64,000 nucleotides of DNA from Bacteroidales bacterium (GTDB lineage: Bacteria > Bacteroidota > Bacteroidia > Bacteroidales > VadinHA17). Positions within the stretch are counted from its first letter, which is position 1, and each line of letters begins with the position of its first letter. The notes beneath the pieces were generated by a model. It ran no database searches, was not told the origin of the DNA, and was given only the letters and a program-made list of their open reading frames with translations. The translations under genes and the position numbers were made by a program. Positions 61,230 through 64,000 of this stretch are shown piece after piece. The stretch spans positions 5,637 through 69,636 of the forward strand of contig JBFYPM010000133.1 in NCBI GenBank assembly GCA_041303295.1. Reading direction: 5' to 3'.

Positions 61230-62929
61230 TTTCTAATCTCCTCTTCAAGGTATATTTTTGAACTGTCTTTTTCCAACGCCTCTCTCCAGTATGCAACAGC
61301 TTCACTGCACTTTCCCAATGCACTTACTATATATCCCATATGTTCAAGAATCTCCGGGTCTCTGTCGCCCTCCTTTCCAAATATCCTCAACATTGCCTTT
61401 TGCGCCTCCTTGTATCGTCCCAGCTTATATAGTACCCAGGCGTATGTATCGATATATGTGTCATTGTCTCCCTCCTTTAACATGACCGTCTCAGCCATCT
61501 TAAGGGCCTTTTTCAGATCACGGTCACCCTCCGCGAGGAAATATGCATAATTATTCAGTATCAACGGCTCCTCCGGGGAAATTTTCAGTGCTTCCTCGTA
61601 AAAACTGTAAGAACTGTCGAATTCTTTCATCCGGTATTTAAGGTCTCCCATCATCGAAAGCACCTGCACCCTTAACTCATCATTGTTGCCGGCCAGTATA
61701 AGCGCCTTTTTCAGCTCGGCATCAGCAGTCGCGTACTCCTTCAATTCCATGGCTGCAATTGCAAAATATACCTTGCCGAGCATACTCCTGTTGTTTTCCC
61801 GGGAATAAACCGAAGCAAAATCATATAGTCTACGATATTCACGCTTTTCAGCATACAGCAGTATAAGTCGTTCCGAGAAATAAAAACCGGTTTTTCTCTT
61901 TTTCAGAATTTCCTCATAACAACTAATTGCCTCATCTCTTCTGCCTGCCGTTTCATACATGCCAGGTCTCATGGAGAGTATTTCCTCATCTTCAGGGTAT
62001 CTTGCTTCAAGAATCTTCAGGCTCTTTTCAAGTGATCCTGAATTCTCCAATACATAAGCAGTATCACTAAGCAGCCTCCCGGCTACTGCAATTTTTCTCT
62101 CCCGCTCAACTACGTCGCTATCAAAAACATTGTCAAGAAAAGCGGTAATTCCGGAATACTCTTTCTTATAGACGAGATTCATTAGGTAGAGTAACTGTGA
62201 TTCTATGTCGCCCGGATTCTTTTCAATTATTTCCTTATAAATGCTGTCACTTTTCTCCTTCTTACTATCCTCAAAATATATATCGGCCAGCAGGGCTTTA
62301 TAACGCATTTCGCCAGGTTGCCTCTCAATAAGTTTTTTAGTTCTGGCTGCTGCCTCATCCATCTCCCCCTTCATGATAAGGCCCGATATCATCATCAGGA
62401 ACATGTCATCATTCAGGGCTCCTTCATTATTAAGGACCCTGAAGAGCGAATCAGCCTTATCTACCTCTCCTTTTTCAGCATAGAGGCCTGCAAGAATTGT
62501 GTTAACCTCAACTGCCCGTTTGTCTGCCTTGAGTGCCCTCGCAAAATAAACAAGGGCAGAATCTTTCATTTGATACTGGGTAAACAGAGAGCCGCTGGCC
62601 AGCTGGTACCAGTAGTTTTCCGGCTCCAGTCTTGCTGCCATGGATGCATACTCAATCGATTTCTCTCCCAGTCCGGCGGCTGAATAAATCTGTGCAAGCT
62701 CAAAATATGGTACTGCCCTATTACTGTCTGTCTCAATACATTTCTCGAACAGGCTCGCTGCTTCATTTATGTCACCTACATACTTTTGCCTGAGGGCCTC
62801 AGCAAGCAGATAGTCGTAGCGTCCGTCTCCCTTATCACTTTTTGTTTTTAAATCTGAAGTGCTTACAGCCTTATGTGTGCAGCCTGCCGCCAGCACCACC
62901 AGGAAAATCCATATTCCGATCTTTCTCAT
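61217..62929 (-). CDS. tetratricopeptide-repeat lipoprotein
   Basis: Lipobox LAAGC; many 34-aa TPR-like units (A..Y...G....A...F..AL..DP). Confidence 0.8.
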   Translation of the reverse strand: MRKIGIWIFLVVLAAGCTHKAVSTSDLKTKSDKGDGRYDYLLAEALRQKYVGDINEAASLFEKCIETDSNRAVPYFELAQIYSAAGLGEKSIEYASMAARLEPENYWYQLASGSLFTQYQMKDSALVYFARALKADKRAVEVNTILAGLYAEKGEVDKADSLFRVLNNEGALNDDMFLMMISGLIMKGEMDEAAARTKKLIERQPGEMRYKALLADIYFEDSKKEKSDSIYKEIIEKNPGDIESQLLYLMNLVYKKEYSGITAFLDNVFDSDVVERERKIAVAGRLLSDTAYVLENSGSLEKSLKILEARYPEDEEILSMRPGMYETAGRRDEAISCYEEILKKRKTGFYFSERLILLYAEKREYRRLYDFASVYSRENNRSMLGKVYFAIAAMELKEYATADAELKKALILAGNNDELRVQVLSMMGDLKYRMKEFDSSYSFYEEALKISPEEPLILNNYAYFLAEGDRDLKKALKMAETVMLKEGDNDTYIDTYAWVLYKLGRYKEAQKAMLRIFGKEGDRDPEILEHMGYIVSALGKCSEAVAYWREALEKDSSKIYLEEEIRKCAR

Positions 62930-63360
62930 TTCTTCCCTGAATGGCCGAAACCGCCAGTTCCCCTGTTGGTTGAACTAATTTCTTCTGTATCAATCATTTC
63001 CGCTTTCTCGTGGCGGGCTATAATCATCTGTGCTATACGATCACCATCATTAACAGTAAAAGCAGCATCAGAAAGATTTATAAGAATAACCCCAACTTCT
63101 CCCCGGTAATCTGCATCAATTGTCCCCGGCGAATTAAGCACAGTGATACCGTGCTTTAAGGCCAGGCCGCTTCTGGGTCTTACCTGGGCCTCATATCCGA
63201 CTGGCAGCTCTATGAAGAGTCCGGTGGGGACAAGTTTCCGCTCCAGCGGTTTCAGGGTTACCGGCTCTGCAATAAAAGCTCTGAGATCCATTCCTGCGGA
63301 ATGTTCCGTTTCATAAGCAGGGAGCCTGTGTGGCGACTTATTTACTATCCTGATTTTCAT
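62926..63360 (-). CDS. dut: dUTP diphosphatase
   Basis: [38 protein letters not shown] motifs. Confidence 0.97.
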   Translation of the reverse strand: MKIRIVNKSPHRLPAYETEHSAGMDLRAFIAEPVTLKPLERKLVPTGLFIELPVGYEAQVRPRSGLALKHGITVLNSPGTIDADYRGEVGVILINLSDAAFTVNDGDRIAQMIIARHEKAEMIDTEEISSTNRGTGGFGHSGKK

Positions 63361-64000
63361 TATCCTCTCTTAAACATTAACGTAAAGAATTGGTCTTTGA
63401 TCTCTGCAGCCGCAAAGAAAATCATAAGCAGCACAGTATCAACCACAATGTTTACAATTTTATTCTCACCTGCCAGGAGTCCGGATACAAACAGCAGGCC
63501 TACCGCCAGTGCTATATACAGCAATATCTTTCCGGTCTCATACTTAACCGGGTAAATTTTCCGGCCAACGAAGTATGATACCAGAACCATGGACAAGTAG
63601 CATGCCACGTGTGCCCAGGCTGCAGCTATATAGCCGTATACTGGTACGAATACAAGGTTTACAATTATCGTGACCGCCGCCCCGATTATGGTTATCCAGG
63701 CTCCGTATATTGTCTTGTCATCAACCTTGTACCAGATGCTCTGGTTGATGAAGATGCCAAGCAGAAGGTATCCCATACTGACTATCGGCACAACAATGAG
63801 TGATTCCCTGAACACAGGTCCAATAATGATCTGCAGTGCTTCGATGTAAAGATTTATTCCCAGGAACAGTATCAATGCAGTAATCACGAAATACTTCATT
63901 GTTACAGCATATGTCTCCTTAGCGTCGCTGGTGCCGGCCTTTTCAAAGAAGAATGGCTCAGCTGCAAAGCGATACATCTGAATAAAGAGAGACATTAGTA
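63360..64000 (-). CDS. polysaccharide/oligosaccharide flippase (Wzx/MurJ-like MOP superfamily), C-terminal part; 5' end beyond window
   Basis: Frame stays open to base 64000; six or so TM helices, AEPFFFEK... typical of the Polysacc_synt_C region. Confidence 0.65.
   Translation of the reverse strand, partial: LMSLFIQMYRFAAEPFFFEKAGTSDAKETYAVTMKYFVITALILFLGINLYIEALQIIIGPVFRESLIVVPIVSMGYLLLGIFINQSIWYKVDDKTIYGAWITIIGAAVTIIVNLVFVPVYGYIAAAWAHVACYLSMVLVSYFVGRKIYPVKYETGKILLYIALAVGLLFVSGLLAGENKIVNIVVDTVLLMIFFAAAEIKDQFFTLMFKRG

Noticed and set aside
1-64000. Prophage, IS element, integron or conjugative element
   Set aside because: No integrase, transposase, recombinase, phage structural or relaxase-like ORF was found, and no long terminal inverted or direct repeats.

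Overview
This 64-kb chromosomal segment reads as a Bacteroidota (Bacteroidia-like) genome. Evidence for that placement: many genes carry a TAnnTTTG -7 promoter box, and the DUF4271/HemD-like, DUF4292/TPR/EnvC-like and BlaR1-TonB gene architectures are lineage-typical. All identifications come from motif recognition in the ORF translations; no searches were run. I support 58 protein-coding genes, two of them truncated at the window edges. I found no rRNA, tRNA, CRISPR array, integrase or transposase.

Most of the window is housekeeping:
- Replication and repair: polA, uvrC, dut.
- RNA and translation: mnmG, mnmH, ybeY, rnpA, rsgA, dtd.
- Envelope: lspA, yidD.
- Metabolism: deoC, ade, pepE, a PPi-type phosphofructokinase, queD, moaDE, a polyprenyl synthase.

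The 2.2-20 kb stretch looks more accessory. It holds:
- a TetR-headed six-gene cluster (LolA-like protein, two MacB/FtsX permeases, an ABC ATPase and a beta-barrel);
- two diverged DUF4143 ATPase-nuclease paralogs bracketing a BlaI/BlaR1-TonB module;
- a cytoplasmic GH16-fold protein that lacks the catalytic glutamates;
- an ECF sigma / anti-sigma / OMP triad.

I did not recognise a multi-gene system that is clearly new. The signals least explained by the gene annotation are:
1. A dispersed family of 7-bp-periodic (STRR-like) tandem arrays in three intergenic spacers.
2. A CACGTG-centred motif present as a perfect 18-bp palindrome before ade and as two identical 14-mers elsewhere.
3. A paired CTATATTTATAG operator candidate on the blaI promoter.
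4. A tightly coupled queD-polA-moaD-moaE gene string.
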